A stretch of 64,000 nt of DNA, taken from IMG/VR virus record IMGVR_UViG_3300031134_000639; one strand, 5' to 3'. This DNA comes from a virus (Duplodnaviria > Heunggongvirae > Uroviricota > Caudoviricetes). The translations under genes and the position numbers were made by a program. The notes under the pieces are model-generated. The model had not been told where the DNA came from and searched no databases. It saw only the letters and a list, made by a program, of their open reading frames with translations. Of the stretch, positions 28,810 to 37,856 are shown one piece after another (the stretch's first letter is position 1; the number at the start of each line of letters is the position of its first letter).

Positions 28810-29109
28810 CAGAAAGTTTGGTATACTAGCAGGATGCAAAAAATTCTTATTAACCTAATCCGTAGCTCATTCACTATCGCTTTCATTGGATATGTGACAG
28901 TAGAAGCGTTCTTAACGCGCCACTGAGCTAATCTTTTTTGGCAGGCAACTGACAGCTTTCGTTACTTGTTTGTTATATTTGATATGATTTGATATCAGAA
29001 ACCTACACTGAAATCGTCCCCGGTATCATCCTTAAGATGTACACCGATAGATTAACCTGTCGTTCAAAACGGCCATTCCATCCTCTAACCACATTACATC
29101 TTAGAATTT

Positions 29110-29817
29110 ATGACTTCCTTTTCAAAAAAACTCTTCCTTACCTCTGCCTGCATGTTAGCTTTATCAGTGCCACTTGTAAGTGCCTCAAGTGCAACGGCCC
29201 AACCAGAAAGTATTTCCCAATACTTTGACTCTCAATCTGCTTCTTTAACTCCCCCAAAGGGGCTGAACTTAGCAGGACAAACAATTACTGTCTCACCTAC
29301 AGTTGAAGCTCCAGACATGAGCCGAGACAGTTACGGGGCGACAGACCCTGAAGAACTAGCTGCAATCCAAGCTGCTGCCGCTGAGGAAGCAAGAGTAGCT
29401 GCTGAAGCTGCTGCTGCTCAGGCTGCTGAAGCCCAGCGAGTAGCAAACATTGGTAACAAACAAGCCATCGTGAACAAAGCTATGGAGTACAACAATGTTG
29501 TTCCCTACGTGTTCGGTGGGGCAACACCAAGCGGTTGGGACTGCTCCGGTTTCGTCAAGTACGTGTACCAGCAGACTCAGGGAATCACTCTAGGCCACGA
29601 TGTGGGCGCAGAGAAAGCCGCTGGAACAATCATCCCTCAGGAACAAGCTGTACCTGGCGACCTGGTAGTGTTCAACAACGGTAGCTCAAACTACCACATT
29701 GGTATCTACATTGGGAACGACCAAATGATTCATGCTCCACGTCCCGGCAAAAACACACAAACAGTAACAATCTGGCGCACACCAGGTGAATCCGTACAGT
29801 TCGTGTCAATCTTCTAA
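29110..29817 (+). CDS. Secreted NlpC/P60-family cell-wall peptidase, 235 aa
   Basis: Signal peptide, then Ala/Glu-rich linker, then GWDCSGFVKYVYQQ (catalytic Cys)...NYHIGIYIGNDQMIHAP (His). Confidence 0.75.
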   Translation: MTSFSKKLFLTSACMLALSVPLVSASSATAQPESISQYFDSQSASLTPPKGLNLAGQTITVSPTVEAPDMSRDSYGATDPEELAAIQAAAAEEARVAAEAAAAQAAEAQRVANIGNKQAIVNKAMEYNNVVPYVFGGATPSGWDCSGFVKYVYQQTQGITLGHDVGAEKAAGTIIPQEQAVPGDLVVFNNGSSNYHIGIYIGNDQMIHAPRPGKNTQTVTIWRTPGESVQFVSIF

Positions 29818-29835
29818 AAAAGTTTGCCCAAAAAG

Positions 29836-29865
29836 TTGACAAGCCTTTTTAAGGTGTGTTATAGT
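29836..29865 (+). promoter_or_regulatory. Candidate promoter TTGACA-N18-TATAGT
   Basis: TTGACA 29836..29841 and TATAGT 29860..29865, upstream of ~300 nt without a convincing ORF. Confidence 0.4.
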
Positions 29866-30169
29866 TAACTTATCAGCAGGAACTGACAGCGGAAACATCC
29901 TCTCTGCTACAACCACTTGGTTGCAAGGTTCCAGGTTGAGACCCTAAACTAAAGAGAAACCACTGAGCGAACCTCAAACTTATTATCTAGAGATGTAGCA
30001 GGTGACATAGTTTCGTTGACTTAGTTTAGTCTATTATATGATAAGGTCGGGTAGGATGTACTCGGTCTAAACCTTAAATCGAACACCATTAAAGCCTTTC
30101 AAGGGAACAAATTAGTATTCTAGCTCTAAATTGTTGAGCAGATACTAACAAAAGACTTGGAAGGCTTTT

Positions 30170-30511
30170 TTGTACCCTTTTGCCGATAATTGCTTTGAAA
30201 TGGTCACTCTACTTATACTTCAGATTTTTATCACTCTCATAGCTTTCATGCTGGGAGGGTCAATAGCATCATTTTTAGGTGTGGTCATTGAACGCGCAGG
30301 CCGTAAGGAGCCTATCACAGGTAGAAGCCACTGTGCATGCGGACGTAAACTTGAATGGTATGAGAACATACCCGTGTTCGGCTGGCTACGTGTCGGCGGT
30401 AAAACCAAGTGCTGTAACACCAAGCTCCCTGTATGGTACCTCCTGTTTGAAATTGGCCTAGGGCTAGTCTTCGCAGCTGGAGCATGGTTCGGTCTAGCTT
30501 TACTAGGCTAA
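30170..30511 (+). CDS. Stand-alone prepilin-peptidase N-terminal (PilD/A24 N-domain, tetracysteine) membrane protein, 113 aa
   Basis: GGSIASFLGVVIERAGRKEP...SHCACGRKLEWYENIPVFGWLRVGGKTKCCNTKLPVWYLLFE matches the zinc-binding N-domain of type IV prepilin peptidases. No catalytic C-terminal domain. Confidence 0.6.
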   Translation: MYPFADNCFEMVTLLILQIFITLIAFMLGGSIASFLGVVIERAGRKEPITGRSHCACGRKLEWYENIPVFGWLRVGGKTKCCNTKLPVWYLLFEIGLGLVFAAGAWFGLALLG

Positions 30512-30575
30512 CAATTCTGTTCATCTTGCTAAAAAACTGAGATGAAAAACATTTCTGCGCTAAGCTTAAACCAAT

Positions 30576-31157
30576 ATGGAAATGCTAAACAGTTTCACAG
30601 AGGGGTCAGCAACTGCGACCCTGTTCCTCACCGTGGGGATATTAGCCACAATAGTTCTTATCTTCACTTTTGTGTTAGATGGAATTCTTGAAGCGTTCGA
30701 CATTGGTGACGGGCCGCTGAGCATCAGCGTAATGTCATCTTTCGTAGCGCTATTCGGTTTCGTGTCATTTGCCGCAATCACAGCGTATGACACGTCCGTT
30801 CTAACAGCAGTCATAGCCGGTGCTATAGCAGGGCTTCTAGCTGGAGTGTTCGCTTTCATGGTCACCCAGTTCCTGCGAAACTCTGAGCACAGCGACTCCG
30901 CTGGTGTGTCAGAGTTCATCGGACGAAAAGGAAAGCTCACATATGGTATCCGTGCTAAAGACAACGGAACCATGAGCTACGGTGAAGTTTCCTTGTACCT
31001 TAGAGGAAACAAATACGTCTTCTCTGCAACAGCAGAAGAGGAGATACCCAAAGATGCAGAAGTTGAGATAGCAGAACAACGCTCTGATACTTTGATGCTG
31101 GTCAAGCCAGTAGAAACACCAGAAACATCAGAAATAAATAACAACGTAACGAATTAG
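30576..31157 (+). CDS. NfeD-like membrane protein (SPFH-partner), 193 aa
   Basis: N-terminal multi-TM region plus C-terminal beta-rich soluble domain; immediately upstream of the SPFH/flotillin gene. Confidence 0.55.
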   Translation: MEMLNSFTEGSATATLFLTVGILATIVLIFTFVLDGILEAFDIGDGPLSISVMSSFVALFGFVSFAAITAYDTSVLTAVIAGAIAGLLAGVFAFMVTQFLRNSEHSDSAGVSEFIGRKGKLTYGIRAKDNGTMSYGEVSLYLRGNKYVFSATAEEEIPKDAEVEIAEQRSDTLMLVKPVETPETSEINNNVTN

Positions 31158-31180
31158 ACCAAGGAAAGGTAAACCTACGC

Positions 31181-32863
31181 ATGTTAGAATCCGTAACACC
31201 GGTTATCGTAGTAGTAATTGTAGCGATAATCGTACTAGCCGTCTTGGGTGGTCTCGCAAGAAACCGCTACAAGATTAGCGCACCTGATGAGGTAATCATC
31301 ATCACAGGTCGTAAGAACAAGGTCACACGCGATGCAGACGGAAACGTTCTATCAGATGTGTCCGGACAGAAAGTTGTCAAAGGTGGTGTGTTCGTCCTAC
31401 CGTTCGTACAGCAGGCCTACAAGCTTCAGCTACGTTCACGTAAACTGAACTTCCGCTCCGGTGGCGCTGTCACAAAGAACGGTATCACCATCAACGCTGA
31501 GGCTGTTGCAACAATCAAGATTGGTGACACAGATGACACTATCCGTGCCGCTGCTCAGCGATTCTTGAACCAGCAGAACGAGATTGAGCCATTCACACAG
31601 GATGTTCTCTCAGGTTCACTCCGTGCCATCATCGGTACCAAAACAGTTGAAGAGCTTCTAAGCGACCGTGAGGGTCTAGCTGCTGCTGTACGTGAAGCAG
31701 CCGAGGACGCTCTAACCAAGCAGGGTCTTCTGCTAGACAACTTCTTGATTCAGTCCATCGAATCAGAAGACGACTACATCACCAACCTTGGTCGCCCACA
31801 GCAGGCTGCTATCCTTCGTCAGGCTAAGATCGCGGAAGCCCAGGCTAACCGTGAGTCTGAGGAAGCACGCATCACAGCTGAGCAGGCTGTTGCCAACGCA
31901 CAGCGTGAGCTTTCACTTCGTCAGGCTGCTATCCAGGCTGAGACTGACCGTGCTGCCGCTGAAGCTGCTGCCGCTCGTCCTCTAGCTGAGGCAACACAGC
32001 AGCAGGGTATCGTTAAGCAGCAGGAGATCACCGCTGTTGCCAACGCAACTCTTCGTGAGCGCCAGCTTGACGCTGAAGTTCGTAAGACAGCTGATGCTGA
32101 CGCTTACCGTGTCCGCCAGCAGTCCGAAGCTGAAGCATACCGTGTCCGCCAGGCCGCTGAGGCTGACCGTGACCGTCGTATCGCAGAGGCAGACGCTCTT
32201 AAGGCTGTTGGTTTGGCTGAGGCTGAAGCCATCCGCGCTAAAGGTAACGCTGAAGCTGAAGCTACCAAAGCTAAAGCTGAGGCTCTTGCTAACCAGGCTG
32301 ATGGTGTACTCCAGCAGATGGCTATTGAGATCCTACCTCAGGTTGCACGCGAGATGGCTGCTCCCATGGGCAACATCTCCAACCTAACTGTTGTATCCTC
32401 TGACGGTGCCAGCGCTTTAAGCAAGAACGTTGCATCAGGTGTCTTGGAGACAAGCACACTCGTTAAAGGCGCAACCGGAATTGACCTGTCAGCAATGTTC
32501 AACAGTGTCATCGGTGGAGCAGCTGCGGGAGCGGCAGCGGGAAAAGCAGCCAGGAGTAACGCGGCGGCTACCAGCCCAACCGTTACTCCATCAGCCGAAC
32601 ACCACACTGAAGCTCACGAAACCCCGGTAGTTCCAGTGGTACTTCCAGGTGTTGACACCAGCAGAGTAACACAATCTGTTGATGCTAATGCAGACTGGGC
32701 TTACAGTAAAGCTGAAGAGTTCATCAGAAGAGGTGTTGACCTGAGCGATAGCTCACAGGCGGAAGTCCGTGAGTGGCAGGGGATAGCACAGGATGTTCTC
32801 AACAACGGTTCACCCGCAGCTATTGAAAAAGTAGCAAAGATTCAAAACCTTCTGCGAAAGTAG
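31181..32863 (+). CDS. Flotillin-like SPFH/band-7 protein (YqiK-like), 560 aa
   Basis: N-terminal TM, SPFH core, then long Ala/Glu-rich coiled-coil flotillin repeats (AEAYRVRQQSEAEAYRVRQAAEA). Confidence 0.75.
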   Translation: MLESVTPVIVVVIVAIIVLAVLGGLARNRYKISAPDEVIIITGRKNKVTRDADGNVLSDVSGQKVVKGGVFVLPFVQQAYKLQLRSRKLNFRSGGAVTKNGITINAEAVATIKIGDTDDTIRAAAQRFLNQQNEIEPFTQDVLSGSLRAIIGTKTVEELLSDREGLAAAVREAAEDALTKQGLLLDNFLIQSIESEDDYITNLGRPQQAAILRQAKIAEAQANRESEEARITAEQAVANAQRELSLRQAAIQAETDRAAAEAAAARPLAEATQQQGIVKQQEITAVANATLRERQLDAEVRKTADADAYRVRQQSEAEAYRVRQAAEADRDRRIAEADALKAVGLAEAEAIRAKGNAEAEATKAKAEALANQADGVLQQMAIEILPQVAREMAAPMGNISNLTVVSSDGASALSKNVASGVLETSTLVKGATGIDLSAMFNSVIGGAAAGAAAGKAARSNAAATSPTVTPSAEHHTEAHETPVVPVVLPGVDTSRVTQSVDANADWAYSKAEEFIRRGVDLSDSSQAEVREWQGIAQDVLNNGSPAAIEKVAKIQNLLRK

Positions 32864-32873
32864 AAGACAGCTA

Positions 32874-32922
32874 AATGGCTTGGTTGCCACAGGTTCAACA
32901 TCTGTGGCAACCAAGCCATTTT
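32874..32922. terminator. Perfect 20-bp stem hairpin (aaatggcttggttgccacag / ctgtggcaaccaagccattt) followed by tt
   Basis: Inverted repeat after the flotillin stop. Confidence 0.7.
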
Positions 32923-33004
32923 TGCGTTCATTTGACAATTGCAGAAAACATGTGTATTCTAAGTGTAACAACTTATTAATGTTCCACAACTTTTAGGAGA
33001 CACT

Positions 33005-33652
33005 ATGCGTAGCATGATTATTGGTGGCGACCTTGACAACACGATGCTGGCCTACACTGAGGGCCTTTCAGACTTCATCGCTAAGGACCTCGGGGTGACC
33101 GACCGTGAGGCGCACGCTCTCGCTTATGGTCCTCCTGCTGACTACGCCATGTCCAACTGGCCTGGCTTCCCTGAGGCGTTCACCGACTTCCACACCCGTG
33201 GTGTTGTAGATGGCCTCTACACCCGCCTGAAGCCTTTCGCTGACGTGAGCAAGTACCTCTGGAAGCTCTCCAACGAGGGTTGCCACATCCGCATCATCAC
33301 CTCGCGTTTCGTGAAGAACGGTCAGAACTCCATCGTCGTCCGCGACACGGGTATTTCCCTTGACGCTAACGATATCCCCTACCGTGACATTGTGTTCACG
33401 GATATCAAGGCGGATATCTTTGCAGACGTGTACCTGGATGACTCGCCCTCCAACATCGTAAAGCTCCGTGCGGCTGGCCGTAAGGTCATCATCTTTGATG
33501 CTCCCTACAACCAGGAGTTCGATGGTCTCCGTGTCCACAACTGGGAGGAAGCATACACGATGCTCCACGACATGGCGGTGAAGTTCAACCGTCGTCAGAA
33601 GCAGCTGGACACTCTCAAGCGCTTCAACCCGCTGAAGCTCATTCGCAAGTAA
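33005..33652 (+). CDS. HAD-superfamily 5'(3')-deoxyribonucleotidase-like phosphatase, 215 aa
   Basis: MIIGGDLDNTML (DxDxT motif I), later DD motif in VYLDDSPSNI; markedly GC3-rich codon usage compared with neighbours. Confidence 0.55.
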   Translation: MRSMIIGGDLDNTMLAYTEGLSDFIAKDLGVTDREAHALAYGPPADYAMSNWPGFPEAFTDFHTRGVVDGLYTRLKPFADVSKYLWKLSNEGCHIRIITSRFVKNGQNSIVVRDTGISLDANDIPYRDIVFTDIKADIFADVYLDDSPSNIVKLRAAGRKVIIFDAPYNQEFDGLRVHNWEEAYTMLHDMAVKFNRRQKQLDTLKRFNPLKLIRK

Positions 33653-33661
33653 CACAGCGGT

Positions 33662-33710
33662 AAACACTTTTGGCCTACAACTTGTTCACGGTTGTAGGCC
33701 AAAAGTGTTT
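33662..33710. terminator. Perfect 20-bp stem hairpin (aaacacttttggcctacaac / gttgtaggccaaaagtgttt)
   Basis: Inverted repeat. Confidence 0.7.
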
Positions 33711-33760
33711 CTACAACCGATTACATAGGTAAGGTTGCTAATCAAGCGAAGGAGCGAACC

Positions 33761-33991
33761 ATGTTGAATGAGTCACTGGAAGAAGAAGTAGACACTTTGA
33801 ACCCGCAAGACCTCGCAGATTTAGCTATCCGTATACTTGAAAAACTAGGGCATGAGTACGCTCCACTACAGCAAGTCCTTGGATTATCACACGGTCAAGC
33901 TCTGACCCCCAAAGAGGGTAATGGTTGCTCTGTCACAGCGCTCCCTGACTTAGACTGGAACCTCATAACGCTAGACCTGGACAACAACTAA
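33761..33991 (+). CDS. Small acidic hypothetical protein 76 aa
   Basis: ORF preceded by GAAGGAG. Confidence 0.4.
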   Translation: MLNESLEEEVDTLNPQDLADLAIRILEKLGHEYAPLQQVLGLSHGQALTPKEGNGCSVTALPDLDWNLITLDLDNN

Positions 33992-34008
33992 AACGTTAGA
34001 CATATACC

Positions 34009-34752
34009 ATGTGTAGAAATAGACCCGGCCCACGCTGTACTGACCATTCCCTTCAGAGCATGAACCGTGCCAGTAGCAAACTTGCGCGCATAAAAGAAGA
34101 AGCAATGAAGCTCATTGAGCGTTTTAACACAGCAAAGCCTGGCTCAAAGACAGCAGAGAACCTGAAAGCTCGTATTGAAGCTAAACAGGATGAGCGCAGA
34201 CAGGCAGCACGAAAGTTTGAAGAAGAGAAGCTTGACTACCAGGCAACACCAGGTGGGCAGGAAGAGCTACGCGCAAAAATTAGTGATGAAGAAACAGACC
34301 CTGAAGAAGCTGAACGTCTGAAAGTTGATTTAGCCGCAGCTGAAGCACGTAGACAATGGCAGAATGACATGAACAAGAAAATTTGTCGTGCCATCCAAGA
34401 AGGCGGTGTCATTAGTGCTGTGCTCATGGTTGAAACAGAACGCCACCTACAGCATGAGCGTCTAGCTGAGATACAAGCTAAACTAATTGAAGCTCAGAAA
34501 GAGAAAGAGCACAACGAAAAAGAGTATAAGACTCCGTTGGGACGCCAGCCTTCAAACGCTATGAGACTGCGACGTAATATTAACCGTGCTCAAAAAACCA
34601 TATACTTCTTCCGTAAGCAGGAGCTACTTATCTCTCTGATGCGTGGAGACTTAGACAGTTACCTTAAACGCCAGATGAAGAGAAAGACTACTAACATGAG
34701 CCGAAAAGCGTTCATGGGTGGAGTCAATGTAGCTACTAAGCTCATCCGCTAA
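34009..34752 (+). CDS. Coiled-coil protein with the N-terminal Cys/Arg leader (MCRNRPGPRCTDH), 247 aa
   Basis: Leader motif plus long K/E/R-rich helical region; no ART domain. Confidence 0.5.
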   Translation: MCRNRPGPRCTDHSLQSMNRASSKLARIKEEAMKLIERFNTAKPGSKTAENLKARIEAKQDERRQAARKFEEEKLDYQATPGGQEELRAKISDEETDPEEAERLKVDLAAAEARRQWQNDMNKKICRAIQEGGVISAVLMVETERHLQHERLAEIQAKLIEAQKEKEHNEKEYKTPLGRQPSNAMRLRRNINRAQKTIYFFRKQELLISLMRGDLDSYLKRQMKRKTTNMSRKAFMGGVNVATKLIR

Positions 34753-34765
34753 CTATCCGATATAG

Positions 34766-35902
34766 TTGCTAAACCAGAAGCCATTATCAGCTGGGCAAGC
34801 TCGTGTTGACACAATAGAACACGTATGCTATTATTGTGATATTAGGTTTTATTATGAAAGTAGGCACAATTTGAGTGAAAAAGATTTAGCTGCTAAGCAG
34901 CGCGGAACCATCCTTGGTCTTGCCTACGGTGACGCCTGGGGATGGATTACTGAGTTCGCTAACTACAAGGAAACTCAGCGCGTTCGACCTGCCTTCCCAG
35001 CTGAAGCTATCGTCACTGACGACACTCAAATGTCCCTCTACGCGATGAACGCCATCCTTAATGATGTGTACCTGCGTAGCTCCAAGATTAAAGCTTTCGA
35101 CGCTGACCGCAGCGAAGCAAATGGTAACGCTGTGCGAATTGAGTTCGCTGAAGCGTTTATCAACTGGTACTACGACGAGGACAACACTCGCGCTCCTGGA
35201 GTGACCTGCATGGAGGCTCTGAAGAAGATTACGCTTCTTGACCTTGAGACTGGCCTTGAGGGAACCAACGAGTGGTCTAAGGGCTGCGGTGCTAACATGC
35301 GTAACCCATGGTTCGGCCTGCTTCCCTACGATGTTGACATGATTGCTGAGTTGAGCGTTATTCAGTCTTCAGTCACCCACAATAACCCTCTGGCTCTTTC
35401 TTCCTCAGCTATCACAGCGTTGGTCGTTCGCGGCCTTGTCAGCGGTGAGGTTACTCCCGGAGACAACAACGTTATGAACTACGCTATTGATATGACTGAG
35501 TACCTGATTCAGAATCCTTTTGATACACTCAACCTTGGTTACATGGATGGTCTGCTTCAGCTTAAAGAGTTCCTTATCGTCCAGAGGGATCTGACTCACG
35601 TACTTGATGACCTCGATGAGTCAACTGATATCTGTCACCTGTTCGGTGAAGGCAAGATTGCTGAGGAAGCACTCGCCCTCGCTATTGTTGCTGTTGACCG
35701 CTACCAGGATGATGTTATGAGCGGATACCGTCGTCTGGTTCACTCCTCAGGAGACACTGACAGTATCGCAGCTATCGCAGGTTCCTTCTTTGGCGCAGCG
35801 TACGGAGATAGTGTGTTCCCCACCGAATGGTTTGACCGTCTAGAGCCTCGCTACCAGAAAGAGCTATCCCTCGTTATCGGGGATGTGCAGGACCTGATCT
35901 AG
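34766..35902 (+). CDS. ADP-ribosylglycohydrolase (ARH/DraG-family); start uncertain (TTG at 34766 or TTG near 34873 preceded by GAAAGTAGG)
   Basis: ILGLAYGDAWGWITEF near the N-terminus, TDDTQMSLY, and C-terminal SGDTDSIAAIAGSFFGAAYG, all typical ARH metal-binding motifs. Confidence 0.7.
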   Translation: MLNQKPLSAGQARVDTIEHVCYYCDIRFYYESRHNLSEKDLAAKQRGTILGLAYGDAWGWITEFANYKETQRVRPAFPAEAIVTDDTQMSLYAMNAILNDVYLRSSKIKAFDADRSEANGNAVRIEFAEAFINWYYDEDNTRAPGVTCMEALKKITLLDLETGLEGTNEWSKGCGANMRNPWFGLLPYDVDMIAELSVIQSSVTHNNPLALSSSAITALVVRGLVSGEVTPGDNNVMNYAIDMTEYLIQNPFDTLNLGYMDGLLQLKEFLIVQRDLTHVLDDLDESTDICHLFGEGKIAEEALALAIVAVDRYQDDVMSGYRRLVHSSGDTDSIAAIAGSFFGAAYGDSVFPTEWFDRLEPRYQKELSLVIGDVQDLI

Positions 35903-35910
35903 TAGATACG

Positions 35911-35958
35911 TGCAAGTAGGGAGGCCACAACAGTAGTGTTGTGGCCTCCCTACTTGCA
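35911..35958. terminator. Perfect 21-bp stem hairpin (tgcaagtagggaggccacaac / gttgtggcctccctacttgca)
   Basis: Inverted repeat directly upstream of the CCGATAGTAAT motif. Confidence 0.7.
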
Positions 35959-35960
35959 TA

Positions 35961-35974
35961 AAACCGATAGTAAT
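35961..35974 (+). promoter_or_regulatory. AAACCGATAGTAAT motif, 33 nt upstream of the first ART gene
   Basis: Recurring motif; see 25897, 39736, 45152, 61746. Confidence 0.5.
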
Positions 35975-36003
35975 TTACTGTAAGTAAAAGTTAGGGTTCC
36001 TTA

Positions 36004-36969
36004 ATGTGTCGTACTAAGAAGTCGGGTGGGCGTAGATGCCCTCAACACACGGATCCTGTAAAACATGCCGCATATAATGCTCGTAGGCGAGAACTGTACG
36101 CCGAAAAGAAAGACTCTACAAAAGTTGAGTCTGAAGAATCAATAGTTATAGTAGACCATGATGATTCCGTAGACTATGGCTTCCTCCCATTAGACAAACC
36201 TCGTAAACCGTATAAGTTCTCCTCCAAGCTCGGTAAAACCTTTGCCAAAGATGCTAATGAGTTTGCTAAAGCAATTCAACCTGACTTTGATGTCGAACGT
36301 TGGAGACTCAGAAACATCTACCACGAAAACATTGCAACAGATGACCCAATCTACAATGAAGGTAGATTCGCTTTCCTTGAGTACACAGCGTCCAATTACG
36401 CTCTCATTGGTGTACGTTTGAACGGTAGAAACTTGAGTTCAAAAAGACATGACAATTTCAAGTTGACTAAAGACCAAGAAAATGAGCTTGACCGTAAGAT
36501 TGAGACACTTGATGAGCTTTTTACTAGAATAAGGCAGCCTTCGGAACCACGAACGCTGTATCGTGGCATGCAAGTGCCTGACACCGTAGAGCAAGAGAAC
36601 GTTGACAGCTGGCTAGAGAGTAAGTTCCCTGTAGGTGGTATTGTCTCGCAGAAGAATTATATGTCAACAAGTTTGAACCCTAAGATAGCAGCAGGTTTTT
36701 CCTACAGTGACCATAGTGACCCAAGAAAAGTAGCTCGTGCAGTCATTTTTGAGATAAGAACAACTGAGGGTGCTCCTCTGGGCCATGGAACATCCTCCTA
36801 CAAAGATATTGAAGCGGAAGTCCTCCTTCCACGCGACTTAAAACTGAAAGTTGTCAAACGAGAGACAAGAGCCTCACACACCATTGGATCTTTTTTGAAC
36901 CGAAAAAACCAAGTCAGCATCTCTACAGTAATTCAGTTAGTTGACGTAACAAATGAAGGAAAAATTTAA
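36004..36969 (+). CDS. ADP-ribosyltransferase paralog 1 (leader + variable region + R-S-E ART domain), 321 aa
   Basis: MCRTKKSGGRRCPQHTDPVKHAAYNARRRELYA; LYRGMQVP; YMSTSL; EAEVLLPRD; C-terminal VIQLVDVTNEG. Confidence 0.75.
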   Translation: MCRTKKSGGRRCPQHTDPVKHAAYNARRRELYAEKKDSTKVESEESIVIVDHDDSVDYGFLPLDKPRKPYKFSSKLGKTFAKDANEFAKAIQPDFDVERWRLRNIYHENIATDDPIYNEGRFAFLEYTASNYALIGVRLNGRNLSSKRHDNFKLTKDQENELDRKIETLDELFTRIRQPSEPRTLYRGMQVPDTVEQENVDSWLESKFPVGGIVSQKNYMSTSLNPKIAAGFSYSDHSDPRKVARAVIFEIRTTEGAPLGHGTSSYKDIEAEVLLPRDLKLKVVKRETRASHTIGSFLNRKNQVSISTVIQLVDVTNEGKI

Positions 36970-37856
36970 TGTGCCGCAGCAAAGAATTAGGCGGCAGGCG
37001 CTGTCCATCTCATACAGACCCAGCAAAACAGTCAGTCTATAATGCTCGCCGCCGCGAACTATATGCACAGCGTAAGCAGGCCCACAACATATCGTTTTTG
37101 AATTACAACACCGCCAAGCCATGGCTAAACGAAGACGATGATGCATACAAAACGTTTGTAGAAGAGGCTGATGCGTTTGCACGCAAGGTGAATCCCAACA
37201 TTAATACAACTCAATGGGATGATGATGAAATGATTTATATGGAACCAGTAACTGACGAGCAGGATGCTCTTATTCAATACAGCGGCGATGGCTATGAAAA
37301 TATCAATCAGTACCTTCGTGCCGGACAACCTAAAACTGATGTAGAACAAACTTTCAAGGTCAAGTTTGACGAATATCGCTCTGCGGCAGAAAACGCCAAT
37401 TTAGTAAAAAATATTGATTCAGCGTTGCTCAAAGCAATACCATCAGAAAAACCACGAGTACTTTATCGCTCTATTCGTGTGCCTCGCGGTGTACCATCTA
37501 GCCAGGCCTCACAATGGCTTAGAGAAAACTTCTCAGTAGGATCTGTCGTCAGCAACCCTGGTTACATGTCAGTTTCTTTGAACGCAGGGCTAGCCAACAG
37601 TATCTTTGGTGAAAGTAGTACGCAACAAACGGCAATCACCATGGAAATCTTAAGTAAAAAAGGCGCTCCGCTTGGAGCAGGCATGTCCAAAACAGCTTAC
37701 AGCGAAACTGAACTTCTTTTACCGCGTGACGTTAAACTAAAAGTGGTCTCTTTAGAAGAAGACGTAGATTACACAGTGATGTTCCGAAACAAAGAGAAAA
37801 CAACCAAACGCACTGTTATACGTCTCATAGACGAAAATGATGAAGGAGAAAACTGA
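36969..37856 (+). CDS. ADP-ribosyltransferase paralog 2, 295 aa
   Basis: MCRSKELGGRRCPSHTDP...; LYRSIRVP; YMSVSL; ETELLLPRD; start overlaps upstream stop (TAATG). Confidence 0.7.
   Translation: MCRSKELGGRRCPSHTDPAKQSVYNARRRELYAQRKQAHNISFLNYNTAKPWLNEDDDAYKTFVEEADAFARKVNPNINTTQWDDDEMIYMEPVTDEQDALIQYSGDGYENINQYLRAGQPKTDVEQTFKVKFDEYRSAAENANLVKNIDSALLKAIPSEKPRVLYRSIRVPRGVPSSQASQWLRENFSVGSVVSNPGYMSVSLNAGLANSIFGESSTQQTAITMEILSKKGAPLGAGMSKTAYSETELLLPRDVKLKVVSLEEDVDYTVMFRNKEKTTKRTVIRLIDENDEGEN

Noticed and set aside
28940-28980. Putative promoter CTGACA...TATATT upstream of NlpC/P60
   Set aside because: The -35 is non-consensus and the spacing is ambiguous (17-20 nt); too weak to call.
33068-33667. 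199-aa minus-strand ORF fully overlapping the HAD nucleotidase gene
   Set aside because: Typical antisense shadow ORF in a GC3-rich gene. Its translation is low-complexity (V/L/R-rich), and the plus-strand protein has clear HAD motifs.
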